The position numbers and the translations under genes were made by a program. From an uncultured Gammaproteobacteria bacterium (GTDB taxonomy: Bacteria > Patescibacteriota > Microgenomatia > UBA8517), in the NCBI GenBank assembly GCA_964599625.1, contig CAZRGC010000001.1, positions 51,019 through 115,018 on the forward strand: a stretch of 64,000 nucleotides of DNA. The letters are read 5' to 3'. Positions 28,414 to 38,547 of this stretch are shown here, in pieces. The notes below the pieces were generated by a model. That model ran no database searches, was not told the DNA's origin, and worked only from the letters and a program-made list of their open reading frames with translations. Numbering within the stretch: the first letter of the stretch is position 1; the number at the start of each line of letters is the position of its first letter.

Positions 28414-30102
28414 TTATTTGCGAGGAACTATCAAAGGTAATGCAACAACTTTTTGATGTGTTGCAGTCTCTTCAAACGATATTCCCCTATACGATCTATC
28501 ACTTTCTTTTCTTACAACCGAGCTTCTATTTTGCTCGCCCTCGTAAGTTGTGGATGTTCGGAAATGTAAGTTTCTTTCTGTCATAAGTGTTGACAGTGTG
28601 TTTTCCCCTGATTTATCTTCTTCTTCAAAGATGGCAATATAGTCTGCAGCTGACCCAAGCATGATTCTGAGACCTGATACGTCCAGATCGTTTGCCCATT
28701 CGTTTATAAGCTGCATCTGGTCATTTGTATTCATGTCTTTAGTATTCATTATGTTAAACGCTATTCTCTGGGGAATCGCCACATCACCCCTTATTCCTTT
28801 TTTATGCCGGGAGAAGTTTATCTCGCCAGTAATTTCAACTCCTTGGGCCTCCATCTCACTCAATGAATTCCCATCTAAGCTATATATTGTAAATCCCATT
28901 CTTTCCAACTCTTCTCTTTGTTCAGTGCTAAATCTTGGAGTTTTGTCTTTTTTTTCTCTGCTCTCGGCAAGGCCTTGCCTTTGTGAAAAGGATGGTCTTG
29001 GCGGCTTGTATACTACTTGCTCAATTGCTTCATTAAGCTTGTTGCGGTCGCTTACACTTTCGAGTTTGTTGGCATAATAATAGCGCAATGCCTGCTGCAT
29101 GGTTTCGGTTATATCGCCGTCATAAAACCTGGCTATGTAATCCCTGACTCTGGTTCTTTCCATTTGATCATCAAAGCTGAATCTCTGGGGCTGGTCAGCC
29201 CCGACTTTTCTTTTTTCTGCTTGCAATTTGGCGTTGCTATGAAACTCCTTATATAGTGCCAAGATTTCCTTTATTCCCGGTATTTCGGCAATTTCTTCTC
29301 TTGTGAGCGCTTTATCTCTTGATTCATATCTTTCAATATTCTTAGCTGCTCCCGGTTTTTCCATAGGTGCAAGGCCAAAGGCTGCATCAACAGCATATGC
29401 AAACGTATCTTTGGGAAGTCCAGCCGGGGCTTTCATGTAAACCCATCTTCTTAATTGAGCTGGGTCAAGGGGTTCCTTGCCAAAAAATCCCTGCCCAGGA
29501 GTGTTGCCAAGAGCAATCAGTTTTGTAATTCCTCTGTCTGTTCTTATTATTTCTGTACCTTCTTTTTCTTTAATCACAACTCGACCGTTGGACTGAAGGG
29601 CGTCATGGACCTCGTGAAGTCTTACAAGTATATTTGCTTGAGCGGCGTTAAACTCATCAAGAATAATAATTTTAACTTTTCCCGGCTCTGGCCTCAATCC
29701 GCTTGTTATTTTTCCATCTACAAATATATGTTCAGGGTCGTTATTTGTCTTTCTGTTTGGGTTTGGTACCCAACGGCCCATCAACTCCTCTGTGTCGGAC
29801 TGGCCGTTTAGGTTGTTGTAGTGAACTTCCCAATTAAGTTCCGCTGCCATTTTTTTAATAGTTGTAGTTTTTCCTATACTAGTGCCCCCCTCGATATACA
29901 TAGGGTCTCCTAAAAGCAAAGAGACAGCTACTTCTCTTTGAAACTGGAGAAAAAATTCATCAGCATAATATTCTTTTGGGGGATCGGGGACAAATACTTC
30001 TGATGCCACTTTTGCTCTGGGGAGTCTTACTCCCATGTAGTCCACATGATTTTCGGCGACAAATACGCCTACATCAGTCCTTCGTTCAGTGTAGCTGTCC
30101 AT
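28414..30102 (-). CDS. MoxR/AAA_5-type AAA+ ATPase with about 250-aa C-terminal extension
   Basis: Walker A GGTSIGKTTT. Walker B KIIILDEFNAAQANILVRLHEV. Last gene of the minus-strand operon. Confidence 0.65.
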   Translation of the reverse strand: MDSYTERRTDVGVFVAENHVDYMGVRLPRAKVASEVFVPDPPKEYYADEFFLQFQREVAVSLLLGDPMYIEGGTSIGKTTTIKKMAAELNWEVHYNNLNGQSDTEELMGRWVPNPNRKTNNDPEHIFVDGKITSGLRPEPGKVKIIILDEFNAAQANILVRLHEVHDALQSNGRVVIKEKEGTEIIRTDRGITKLIALGNTPGQGFFGKEPLDPAQLRRWVYMKAPAGLPKDTFAYAVDAAFGLAPMEKPGAAKNIERYESRDKALTREEIAEIPGIKEILALYKEFHSNAKLQAEKRKVGADQPQRFSFDDQMERTRVRDYIARFYDGDITETMQQALRYYYANKLESVSDRNKLNEAIEQVVYKPPRPSFSQRQGLAESREKKDKTPRFSTEQREELERMGFTIYSLDGNSLSEMEAQGVEITGEINFSRHKKGIRGDVAIPQRIAFNIMNTKDMNTNDQMQLINEWANDLDVSGLRIMLGSAADYIAIFEEEDKSGENTLSTLMTERNLHFRTSTTYEGEQNRSSVVRKESDRSYRGISFEETATHQKVVALPLIVPRK

Positions 30103-30104
30103 GG

Positions 30105-30518
30105 TTATTTTCTAAAAGTAAGACCAACCTTGTCCATGATTAGAAATCCGTCGTTTTCTGATTGTTCTAAAGCGCTCTTTGTAAATATCAGAAGTACGCC
30201 AAATTTTCCTCGGTTAGGTTTTATTACTTCAGGGCGCATCTCGTCTTCGTTGAATGTCTCAATTTGTCCTGTGGGGAATTGAACTAAGATATCATAAACT
30301 TTCTTGGACAATTTTTCGTTTACAACGAAAAAGGTACTCTTTTCCGCTGCAATATTTTCAAAGAAACTGGTATCGGTTTGGGATTCAGCAAAACCATAAC
30401 CTGTCAGAGCACCGCCGATTTGCTCTATTTCATCGGTTCCATCTACAACTGCCAGACTCACTTCATTCTGGCCACTTGTACAGCTCAAGAATTGTTCAAA
30501 ATTTTTTATCTCTTTCAT
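30105..30518 (-). CDS. hypothetical protein sandwiched between the vWA and MoxR genes
   Basis: 137-aa ORF, 2 nt before the MoxR gene and 13 nt after the vWA gene. Confidence 0.4.
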   Translation of the reverse strand: MKEIKNFEQFLSCTSGQNEVSLAVVDGTDEIEQIGGALTGYGFAESQTDTSFFENIAAEKSTFFVVNEKLSKKVYDILVQFPTGQIETFNEDEMRPEVIKPNRGKFGVLLIFTKSALEQSENDGFLIMDKVGLTFRK

Positions 30519-30531
30519 AATACTTATTACA

Positions 30532-32640
30532 TCATACGTAACTCCCGACTATTTTGCGAATTGCATTTGCCAACTCGTCTGGAATCTGTTGGACGTTTGA
30601 AGCTATAAAATAATTTTCAAAATATTCTTTCATAAATCCGGTTCCCGGACCTATGCCGCCACCTATGACTTTTTGATTCCTGCCGGCTTTGGCTTTTTCT
30701 ATTTCTGTCTTTAAATCAAAAGCACGCCTTGGACTGTCGCTTGGCAGATCTGGTCTGCCGTCGCTCAGAACTATCATTACTTTTTCTTTTTGGACTTGCC
30801 TTGCCAGCCTATCAGAACTTTGGTTAACTGCCCAGCCTGTGGCGGTGCCCCATTTCCTGTTACGTTGTGAACGGATTGGTATTTCCAGCATATCCTCCAT
30901 TTTTACACGGATATCATCTGACATCTTTTGGCCGAATTCCTGAAAAACAAACATGTCTGTATTGTATGCAACAACCTCCAAATTTATTGAAAGCCTGTTG
31001 AGAACTTCGGTCAATACAACAACCCCTTTAAATGTTTCCAGAATTTTGTCATCCTCAAGCATTGAAGTTGTTACATCTACAAGCAAAGTAAATGCGTAAT
31101 CTTTTTCCAGGGGTAGCTTTCTTCTTTGCCATGCCTTACTTTCCATAACAGAAACGCCGCGGACTTTCTCTTGGATTCTCTTGGGAATGTCTACCCGCCT
31201 TCCGGTTTTGTAGCCGGTTTGCAGATGACTTTCTCGTCTTTTGGAGAACAGTTCTCTTAGGTCGTTTTCTAATTTGTCTATTATGGGCATAAGGTCCGTA
31301 CGGATCCTTTCGTACTTTGTTTCGTCTGTGCCGAATATTTCCAGAATTTTTTGTTTGAATCTTTTGGTTTCTTTATCTATCTCTTCCTGAGATTTTTTGC
31401 CTGTATTTTCATCGTTTTGTTTTGCGTTCCCCTCGGTTCCATTGCCGCCTTTGGCTTGTGACTCCGAATCGTCTTTTGGTGCATTTCGCATCTCGTCTGG
31501 ATTTTCGTCCATCATTCCTTTGATTTCTCTGTTTATATCTGACTCCAAAATCTTCATTTTTTCTCCTGCCCTTTGCCTCAATTCTTCCTGTTTGTGTGCA
31601 GGAAGTGATTTCAGATGTTCTCTTAATTTCTGCTTCAATTCTTCGGAAAGCGATTCAAGATCTATGGGTGTTGTGGTATTTTCTTCTTCACTTGTCTCCT
31701 GTCTTTCGTTTTCAGACATTGCTTTCTCCATTGCCTCGACGAGTTGTTGAAGCTGTTCTTCTGTTAACTTTTCTGCAACATCTTGGGGAATCGGTTGCTC
31801 AGATCCTTGCTGTGACTTCGAATCTTCCATCATGTCATTTAACATTTCGGATACACCTGCATCTTCTAGATCTTTTTTGATTAGTTCTTCAAATTCCGGC
31901 CAGACCTGACTATCTATCGTCTCTCTTGCACCCCGTGCATATTTTTTAATGACATCCCCACTTTGGTCGGCTTCTTTTTTGGTGGGATATTTCCACCAGG
32001 TGTCATGTGCGCCTTTTTCAATTTTTGTCATAGCACGGGAAACATCCTCACTCAAAGTTTCGGGTGGTTGTCCAGGAGTTTCTCTTATCTCACTGTACCA
32101 CTTGCGTGTCAGCTCATTACCTGCTTGTATAAAACGAGGGATGAATCCAAGTTGTTCGTGGGCTGTTGCTGTTGTTTTTGATTCAACAATTTTTCCTGCC
32201 CTTTCTGCTTCTTCAAGATGTTCGCTGATTTTGGGATAGCCCTCTGCTACAAAATTAGTTGATCTTGCACCTTCCAAGACATTGGTAAGATACTGATAGC
32301 CTGGTTTCTCCCATTGGTCTTTTGGTATATCTCCTAGTCTGGAAATCCTAAGTCTGCCGCTTTGAGTGGCAACTTTGTAGCGTAATGAATCGAGGCTTTC
32401 GTTAACAAGGTCGTTGGGGTCTGCAATTATTTTTGTTCCTTGGACGTCACCTTCCCATCCGGATCCTGGGTCTCCGATTTCCACAGGAACACTAAAATTC
32501 TTGCCTACAAAGTGAGCCAAGGAGGAGAGCATGTGTCTTCTTTCACCAATAGTCGCACGTTCTTGCGAGGTAAAGTTTTCAAGAGGGTCTTTGCGTAAGT
32601 TTTCGGATTCTTGTTCGGGTCTTTCGGCTTTTTCAGGCAT
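30532..32640 (-). CDS. vWA-domain protein with long acidic coiled-coil linker
   Basis: C-terminal vWA: TLLVDVTTSMLED (DxSxS), then VMIVLSDGRPD. Central region rich in E and K (EELKQKLREHLK...). Confidence 0.7.
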   Translation of the reverse strand: MPEKAERPEQESENLRKDPLENFTSQERATIGERRHMLSSLAHFVGKNFSVPVEIGDPGSGWEGDVQGTKIIADPNDLVNESLDSLRYKVATQSGRLRISRLGDIPKDQWEKPGYQYLTNVLEGARSTNFVAEGYPKISEHLEEAERAGKIVESKTTATAHEQLGFIPRFIQAGNELTRKWYSEIRETPGQPPETLSEDVSRAMTKIEKGAHDTWWKYPTKKEADQSGDVIKKYARGARETIDSQVWPEFEELIKKDLEDAGVSEMLNDMMEDSKSQQGSEQPIPQDVAEKLTEEQLQQLVEAMEKAMSENERQETSEEENTTTPIDLESLSEELKQKLREHLKSLPAHKQEELRQRAGEKMKILESDINREIKGMMDENPDEMRNAPKDDSESQAKGGNGTEGNAKQNDENTGKKSQEEIDKETKRFKQKILEIFGTDETKYERIRTDLMPIIDKLENDLRELFSKRRESHLQTGYKTGRRVDIPKRIQEKVRGVSVMESKAWQRRKLPLEKDYAFTLLVDVTTSMLEDDKILETFKGVVVLTEVLNRLSINLEVVAYNTDMFVFQEFGQKMSDDIRVKMEDMLEIPIRSQRNRKWGTATGWAVNQSSDRLARQVQKEKVMIVLSDGRPDLPSDSPRRAFDLKTEIEKAKAGRNQKVIGGGIGPGTGFMKEYFENYFIASNVQQIPDELANAIRKIVGSYV

Positions 32641-32682
32641 TCACATTAGTTTACACCGTTAACCAATTAAACTGTGTGAGAA

Positions 32683-32934
32683 TTATGGTAGCTCTTTCGC
32701 ATTAAAGTAACCTGAGTTGAAGTTAAATTTAAGGTTTTGCAAAAATTTTATTCCGTCAGTTGGAAACAATTTGGTGCCACTTTTAGCGGAATAATCTAAA
32801 ATGCCGTTTTCTTTTATATATTTTACGAACTGGGCATCGCCTGCTGCGCTTACTTGTCCGTCAAGCAAAACAAAACTGGCGAATTCTGTTTGCTCGCCAT
32901 TGTTTTCAAGTTTGTAAATAATTACCTCGTTCAT
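32683..32934 (-). CDS. small hypothetical protein
   Basis: 83-aa ORF, 6 nt downstream of the PI-kinase-like gene. Confidence 0.3.
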   Translation of the reverse strand: MNEVIIYKLENNGEQTEFASFVLLDGQVSAAGDAQFVKYIKENGILDYSAKSGTKLFPTDGIKFLQNLKFNFNSGYFNAKELP

Positions 32935-32940
32935 ACTGGC

Positions 32941-33711
32941 TTAATAGGGGTGATACCTAAAACTTTCCAGGTCAGACTCTCTAATCTTACCGCTTCTTAG
33001 TTTTTGGTTAACAGTTGATACTCTGGCAAACATAGCATCAATTGCTTGCTGGGGGATGAGTGAAGACATTACATTTCTTAGTTTGTTTTGCCTTTGGGTA
33101 TTTGACATAAAACTTGCATATCGTTCTGAAACCTCGGGAGGTACAAGTTTTCCGATAACGTGTTCTTCCAAGTTGCTTGTAATGTTATATTGCCGCCAAT
33201 TATCAAAAGAAAGTCCGTTGTCTATAGCTATTATTTTCTTTTCTTTGACAAAATAGTTTGCTGTTTTCCTATCTTTGTTCCAAATTGAGTAGTCAAAAAG
33301 TGCTAACTCAAAAAGTTGCCTTCTCATCATGGGATCTGCTATGTCTGCATCCCAAATCGAAGTTTTAGGATCTTGAACGAAATCTTGAATACTGCCTTCG
33401 CGTCCGCCGACTTTTTTGATTGTAGTTATGGGCACCAAGTCTGGGTGTAATGCCTGCGAGACTTCAAAAGCAGCGACCTCGCGGAGATAAAGTTTGTATT
33501 GGCTTTCCTCTATTTCCAAAGGATCTTCGCCGTCCCCGGGTTTAAAGACTCCGTTTCCGTCACCCCTGAGATATATAAGCATTACAGTGTTGCTTCCTCC
33601 GGAAAGTCGTCTTGTTTTTTCGTGATCAACTTCTAGGTCCCTTAACTGTATATACCTTTCTGAAGTTATTTCCGGTTGGAACGGGGTGTCTCTTCCTTGT
33701 AATACATCCAT
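32941..33711 (-). CDS. PI3/PI4-kinase-family (type II PI4K-like) atypical kinase
   Basis: SGGSNTV glycine loop. GVFKPGDGEDP corresponds to the FKPxDEEP lysine motif. DRKTAN catalytic loop is of the DRHxxN type. IAIDNGLSF is DFG-like. Confidence 0.5.
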   Translation of the reverse strand: MDVLQGRDTPFQPEITSERYIQLRDLEVDHEKTRRLSGGSNTVMLIYLRGDGNGVFKPGDGEDPLEIEESQYKLYLREVAAFEVSQALHPDLVPITTIKKVGGREGSIQDFVQDPKTSIWDADIADPMMRRQLFELALFDYSIWNKDRKTANYFVKEKKIIAIDNGLSFDNWRQYNITSNLEEHVIGKLVPPEVSERYASFMSNTQRQNKLRNVMSSLIPQQAIDAMFARVSTVNQKLRSGKIRESDLESFRYHPY

Positions 33712-33718
33712 CTGAAGT

Positions 33719-34276
33719 TTATTGACCCTTCTTTTGAGCCTCTTCTACCAAATCTCTGATCCCTCTTTTTTGGAGGGCAAGAAGTTTGATGTTTCCCCAT
33801 TCACTTAACTCAACGTTTTCAAACTTTCTTACAAAGGTTTGATCATCTTGACAACGGATAAGATCATCAACATCATCCGGTAAATCCGAGTGGCACCATG
33901 AGTCGCGAAGTGAGTCAAACACGTTTGGTGTCATAATGCTACTACCCTTCATTGCTCTCAGAAGGACAGAGAAGACTGGGTCTAATCTGTAAAGCTCGTC
34001 ACCGTTCTGAAAAACAGACTCGGGGTCTATGATGTCAATATTTTCGCGAATTGTATCTATGTATTTATTTACTGTTTCAAGCGCTTTTCCTTCCCATTGT
34101 TTTGGTTCGGATTCCCATCCAAGTCCACGTTTAAAGTCCGTGAACTCTCTATCTATAGTAGAAAGTTTTCTTATCATTTGTTCTACAGAGCGCTCACCCT
34201 TTTCACTTTCATTTCTTCTATCGAATTGGTCCATAAGAAAAATATATATACACGGTACAAATAAATCAAGTAGCAT
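33719..34276 (-). CDS. hypothetical protein (first gene of the minus-strand operon; start may be 34234)
   Basis: 185-aa ORF with no motif recognised. Confidence 0.4.
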   Translation of the reverse strand: MLLDLFVPCIYIFLMDQFDRRNESEKGERSVEQMIRKLSTIDREFTDFKRGLGWESEPKQWEGKALETVNKYIDTIRENIDIIDPESVFQNGDELYRLDPVFSVLLRAMKGSSIMTPNVFDSLRDSWCHSDLPDDVDDLIRCQDDQTFVRKFENVELSEWGNIKLLALQKRGIRDLVEEAQKKGQ

Positions 34277-34307
34277 GAAGCTTAGTGCTATTTATTAGTG
34301 TTAATAT

Positions 34308-36512
34308 ATGAATATGGAGTTGACACATAGTACAAGCATCAAAGACTCGGTCCCTGTTAGGACTGCACAAGTACTAATGGACCCATTGAGAAGTTTGGGC
34401 TCGTACAGTCTGTACAAGCTTTCACAAGGGCGACTTAGGCCCGAACTTGGTCAGTTTTTTGGCCCCAAAGAAGAAGTCGAAGATGCAATTGACAATGTGC
34501 AAGTCACTCTTGATGGGATAGACGCGCGACTTTCGGGCGGTGAGAATTTTGTCAACAATTTATACATACATTGGAGTGTTGCACGAGATCAAATGGAGGA
34601 AGTAGTGGGAAAGAAAATTACTGAATATGTGCTTTTCGACAAAAAAAGCGGCAGGCATATGTTGTTTGCAGAAGATGGTGATCAGATGTTTCCCATACTG
34701 CTTCCGGGTAAAAACGATGTTGGGGCAGTGGAAAAAGGCCTTTTTGGACTGGGGGAACCGATTACAAAAAAGGACTTTCAGTCTGAATCTGTTTCCAGAG
34801 AAGTGGCAATAATGGAACTTGCCTCGCAGGAATATTTTGAAGGGGAAGAAGTTAGCCTTAGGAGAATAAATTCGGTTTGTAACGAATTTGAACTCAGACG
34901 CCACGCGGTTTTTGAAAGGGATGGTGAGATGTTTGAAAATCTGAGATCGATGGGTGCTATGAGTATAGGTGAACTGCAAACTGTTACCAGATATATGATC
35001 TCTTCAGGTTTGAGTTTTGAAGATGGAGCGGTAAGAGTCGACCCTTCATACGAGGCTCTTTGGATAAGTGCGCGGGTGATATCTTTGGGAGAGGGTGACG
35101 CGGCTGCCTACGAAGCCCAGGCCGAAAGAGAACTTAACGAATTTGTACAGCAGGTAGTTTATTTTAGAGCGGTTGATGCATATCTTTCTGAAAACCCCGG
35201 GATTGTCAGAGATTTTTACAAGTCAGATGTCTATCTTAAGCACAGGAAGGATTTTATAAATTCACATCTGAGTGCAAAAGGGAGAACCGAAGAAGACACA
35301 GCGAGAGCAATGCTTGCTAATTACTGTCTAAATAAGTTTGAAGGCAAAAGTACTACGGATTCACCATCGCTCAAATATATGAAACAGGGTGGCGAATTTG
35401 TCTCCGATATTGAACATTTTTTGGCTGGCTCAAATCTCAAAATTCCATCTGACCTGGCGGACTTGATGGCGTCGCTTCAGGTAAATCTGTTTGACAAAAA
35501 AGTAAGCAGTTCCGAAAAAGCAAGAGTACTGAAAGAGGGTGGCGAATCTTTGAGTAAGATACTTACAGAAATGTGGAGACACAAAGAAACCAGAAAGATA
35601 TATGAATCTTTGGCCAAACTGTCTCCTTTTGATTTGATAGACGACGATCAAAAATCATCCAAAGTTTTCAGAGTTATTATTGGAAATTTGGGTTTGTCGA
35701 GAGTTCCGGGTGAGGGTAGGTTTACAATGGCCAGTTATTTGAACAAGGCACCATATTACCCGGAAGGTTCCGAGGTTTTACCGTTCGACGAAGGGGACGC
35801 TTTATACGATGATGTTAAAGACTCTATTAAACATATATTTAACGGCAATGTTTTCCAGGGAGATCCCGGTGTAGAAAGTGCCTATGAATCTCAGGTTGCA
35901 AGAATTTTTACTGAAGGTTCCACAATTCTTAAATATTTATCCGAAGATCCGAGAGTGCCCCAGAAAGTTAGAAATTTTATCAGAACAATCCAAAACGGCG
36001 ACGAGCTTTCGTCCAGAATCATGGAGAGATATGGTTCTATTTCCGACCAAGACCCGCAGATAATAAACAGATTTTTTTCTGACGGATTTGAAAGGTTTCA
36101 GGTCATGACTGTTCATCGTTATGTCACAGACTTTGTCAGGGGTGTGGAGACAAATTTGATTATGGCAACAAACAAGAGTTGGCTTGAAAGAACAAAAAGA
36201 AAGACGGTAGGGAACTGGAAAAACTACGATTTCTCCCAGCTACCCGATGAAGTTATAAACGAAGCTATCGATAAAACACTGGCTGACGCCGAACATAGAC
36301 TTGATGTTTTGAATCACCAAACAACCCAAAGAACAACCCTGAAGGATAAACAGGAAATGTTGGAAAAAGTGTTTGGGTGGAACACTTATGATATGTGGTT
36401 TCTTAGGTGGGAAAAATTTTGGAATGTCTGGAACACTTTGGGTGGGGCTTGGGACTGTGCATGTTTTATGAGAAAGCCAATATTTAACCCGGGCACCTTC
36501 AAGCAGTATTAA
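34308..36512 (+). CDS. hypothetical protein (734 aa)
   Basis: Long uninterrupted ORF divergent from the MoxR-vWA operon; no motif recognised. Confidence 0.5.
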   Translation: MNMELTHSTSIKDSVPVRTAQVLMDPLRSLGSYSLYKLSQGRLRPELGQFFGPKEEVEDAIDNVQVTLDGIDARLSGGENFVNNLYIHWSVARDQMEEVVGKKITEYVLFDKKSGRHMLFAEDGDQMFPILLPGKNDVGAVEKGLFGLGEPITKKDFQSESVSREVAIMELASQEYFEGEEVSLRRINSVCNEFELRRHAVFERDGEMFENLRSMGAMSIGELQTVTRYMISSGLSFEDGAVRVDPSYEALWISARVISLGEGDAAAYEAQAERELNEFVQQVVYFRAVDAYLSENPGIVRDFYKSDVYLKHRKDFINSHLSAKGRTEEDTARAMLANYCLNKFEGKSTTDSPSLKYMKQGGEFVSDIEHFLAGSNLKIPSDLADLMASLQVNLFDKKVSSSEKARVLKEGGESLSKILTEMWRHKETRKIYESLAKLSPFDLIDDDQKSSKVFRVIIGNLGLSRVPGEGRFTMASYLNKAPYYPEGSEVLPFDEGDALYDDVKDSIKHIFNGNVFQGDPGVESAYESQVARIFTEGSTILKYLSEDPRVPQKVRNFIRTIQNGDELSSRIMERYGSISDQDPQIINRFFSDGFERFQVMTVHRYVTDFVRGVETNLIMATNKSWLERTKRKTVGNWKNYDFSQLPDEVINEAIDKTLADAEHRLDVLNHQTTQRTTLKDKQEMLEKVFGWNTYDMWFLRWEKFWNVWNTLGGAWDCACFMRKPIFNPGTFKQY

Positions 36513-36553
36513 CATAAAACTCAACCAGCGGGTAAATTTGATAAAATTACCGA

Positions 36554-37492
36554 ATGCAAACACCTGACGCCACTGATGGTAAATCTTCTGTCGAAGCCGA
36601 GAAACTTCGGGGAAATGATCACTATTTAAATGACGAATTGTTACGTCAGGCTATTAAAGAAAATTGGCCTGAGATAAATATGTCCGACCTAGACAGGATC
36701 ACGAAGCCGGGAATTTCTGATAAAAGTGATGACCTGGAAAGATGGGAGTTTGGCATGAGGGAGGCGAGAGTGAAAGAAATTATGGCACTTGATAGAACCC
36801 CTTTGGAAAAACTTCAGATATTGCTTTACGAGGAATGTTTTGGTGTTAATGCTTCACCCGGAAGAGATATTCAATTCAAAGACTCCCTTGCTCCGTCCCC
36901 AGGAGGCCTAATATCACATGGCTACCCACATGCAATTATTAACGGTTACGATTTAGAGTCAGTTAGTAAACTAGAGTTCACGGGGGGAAACGCGATGGAT
37001 GCGGTGAACTCGCTTTCTGGCATTCAAAAACGTGGAATGATTAGCGTATTGGCAGAAATTGCCTATCCTGTGATCTCGCGTTTTGGGGCCAGTTCTATTA
37101 CCGAAATGAACAAAAGAAATTTGGAAAAAAAACTGGGAACCGCATCGGGAGCGGTTGGTGACGAGGTTGAAAACTGGGCGTTTAGATTAATCAACATGAT
37201 TCACAACTCACCAGGTATGACCCAAAAAATTGAAGACCTTGGTCTGAAAAAAATAATTGGTGTTAAAGATTATGTTAACCATCCATTGATTTTGGTTTGG
37301 ACAATGCTTTGGGGAAAAATGAGCGGAAAGTTTTTACAAAGCCTAGACGATGGAACTGCAATTTATAAAAAAATTGGGCCAGACGAGAAGCAAGCAATTG
37401 GAGACCTTCTTTATGCCAGATTGCATCCAGACGCTCAGATACTGTTTAAGTATCAATCACCATCGGGGTACATTAATGAACAAACAAAATGA
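36554..37492 (+). CDS. hypothetical protein (312 aa)
   Basis: ORF overlapping the queA start by 4 nt. Confidence 0.45.
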   Translation: MQTPDATDGKSSVEAEKLRGNDHYLNDELLRQAIKENWPEINMSDLDRITKPGISDKSDDLERWEFGMREARVKEIMALDRTPLEKLQILLYEECFGVNASPGRDIQFKDSLAPSPGGLISHGYPHAIINGYDLESVSKLEFTGGNAMDAVNSLSGIQKRGMISVLAEIAYPVISRFGASSITEMNKRNLEKKLGTASGAVGDEVENWAFRLINMIHNSPGMTQKIEDLGLKKIIGVKDYVNHPLILVWTMLWGKMSGKFLQSLDDGTAIYKKIGPDEKQAIGDLLYARLHPDAQILFKYQSPSGYINEQTK

Positions 37493-38547
37493 AAACAACG
37501 GATTTTGATTACAATCTTCCGGAAAACTTAATCGCCCAGACACAGGCAGTTCCCAGAGACCACTCCAGACTTATGGTGATTCATAGGGAAACTGGCGAGA
37601 TTGAGCATAAAAAGTTCTATCAAATTTTGGAGTACTTCTCGGGTAACGATGTGTTGGTTCTTAATAATACCAAAGTTTTTCCTGCAAGATTTTTTGGCAA
37701 AAAAGATACAGGTGGAAAGATAGAAACACTTCTTATTGAAGAAACGGACAGAAATATTTGGAAAGCTCTAACAACCCCAGGGGTAAAAAAGGGACAAAAA
37801 ATATTCTTTGAAGATATTGTTTTTACGGCGATGGGGCATCATGAGCAAACTGTGATCTTGGAGTCGTCTGTTGATAAAATACATTTATTGTCGGTTCTTA
37901 ATTCTTTTGGAATTACACCACTTCCTCCTTATATTCATCCAAGTGAATCCGAGTCGAAAATAAGAGAAGAATATCAGACTGTTTATGCCAAGATATCAGG
38001 GTCTGTTGCAGCTCCCACTGCGGGGTTTCATTTTACCCCAGAACTTTTGCAGAAATTAAAAAACAAGGGTGTGCAAATTGAGTATGTGACACTGCATGTT
38101 GGTTTGGGAACTTTTGCTCCTGTAAAAACAGAAAATCTGGAGGAACATCCGATGCATTTTGAATATTTTGAAGTTAATAAAGAAACAATAGAAAGACTAA
38201 ATAAAGCAAAATCCGACGGAAAAAGAATTGTATCAGTGGGAACTACCACAACAAGAGTGTTGGAAACATTGTCGAACGATAGTGGTTGTCTGGGCAATGC
38301 CCTTAACGGATCAACTAATTTATTTATTTACCCGCCGTATAAATTTAAATTTGTTGATGCGCTAATTACAAACTTTCACCTTCCCAAATCCACCCTCTTG
38401 TCACTCGTATCTGCTTTTGTGTCAACGCCAAACACGCAGCAAAATTTTGTCAGTTTCCCCAACTCACTGATGGGTAAAGCCTATTCGGAAGCTGTCAGAG
38501 AAAATTATAGATTTTATTCTTTTGGTGATTCCAGTTTTATAATTTAA
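37489..38547 (+). CDS. queA: S-adenosylmethionine:tRNA ribosyltransferase-isomerase
   Basis: TKVFPARFFGKK..GGKIETLLIEE and C-terminal TNFHLPKSTLL motifs typical of QueA. Confidence 0.9.
   Translation: MKTTDFDYNLPENLIAQTQAVPRDHSRLMVIHRETGEIEHKKFYQILEYFSGNDVLVLNNTKVFPARFFGKKDTGGKIETLLIEETDRNIWKALTTPGVKKGQKIFFEDIVFTAMGHHEQTVILESSVDKIHLLSVLNSFGITPLPPYIHPSESESKIREEYQTVYAKISGSVAAPTAGFHFTPELLQKLKNKGVQIEYVTLHVGLGTFAPVKTENLEEHPMHFEYFEVNKETIERLNKAKSDGKRIVSVGTTTTRVLETLSNDSGCLGNALNGSTNLFIYPPYKFKFVDALITNFHLPKSTLLSLVSAFVSTPNTQQNFVSFPNSLMGKAYSEAVRENYRFYSFGDSSFII

Noticed and set aside
33719-34276. Possible organisational link between the divergent gene pair 33719..34276(-) and 34308..36512(+)
   Set aside because: The shared 31-nt intergenic region only indicates divergent promoters. 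There is no motif evidence for a functional relationship.
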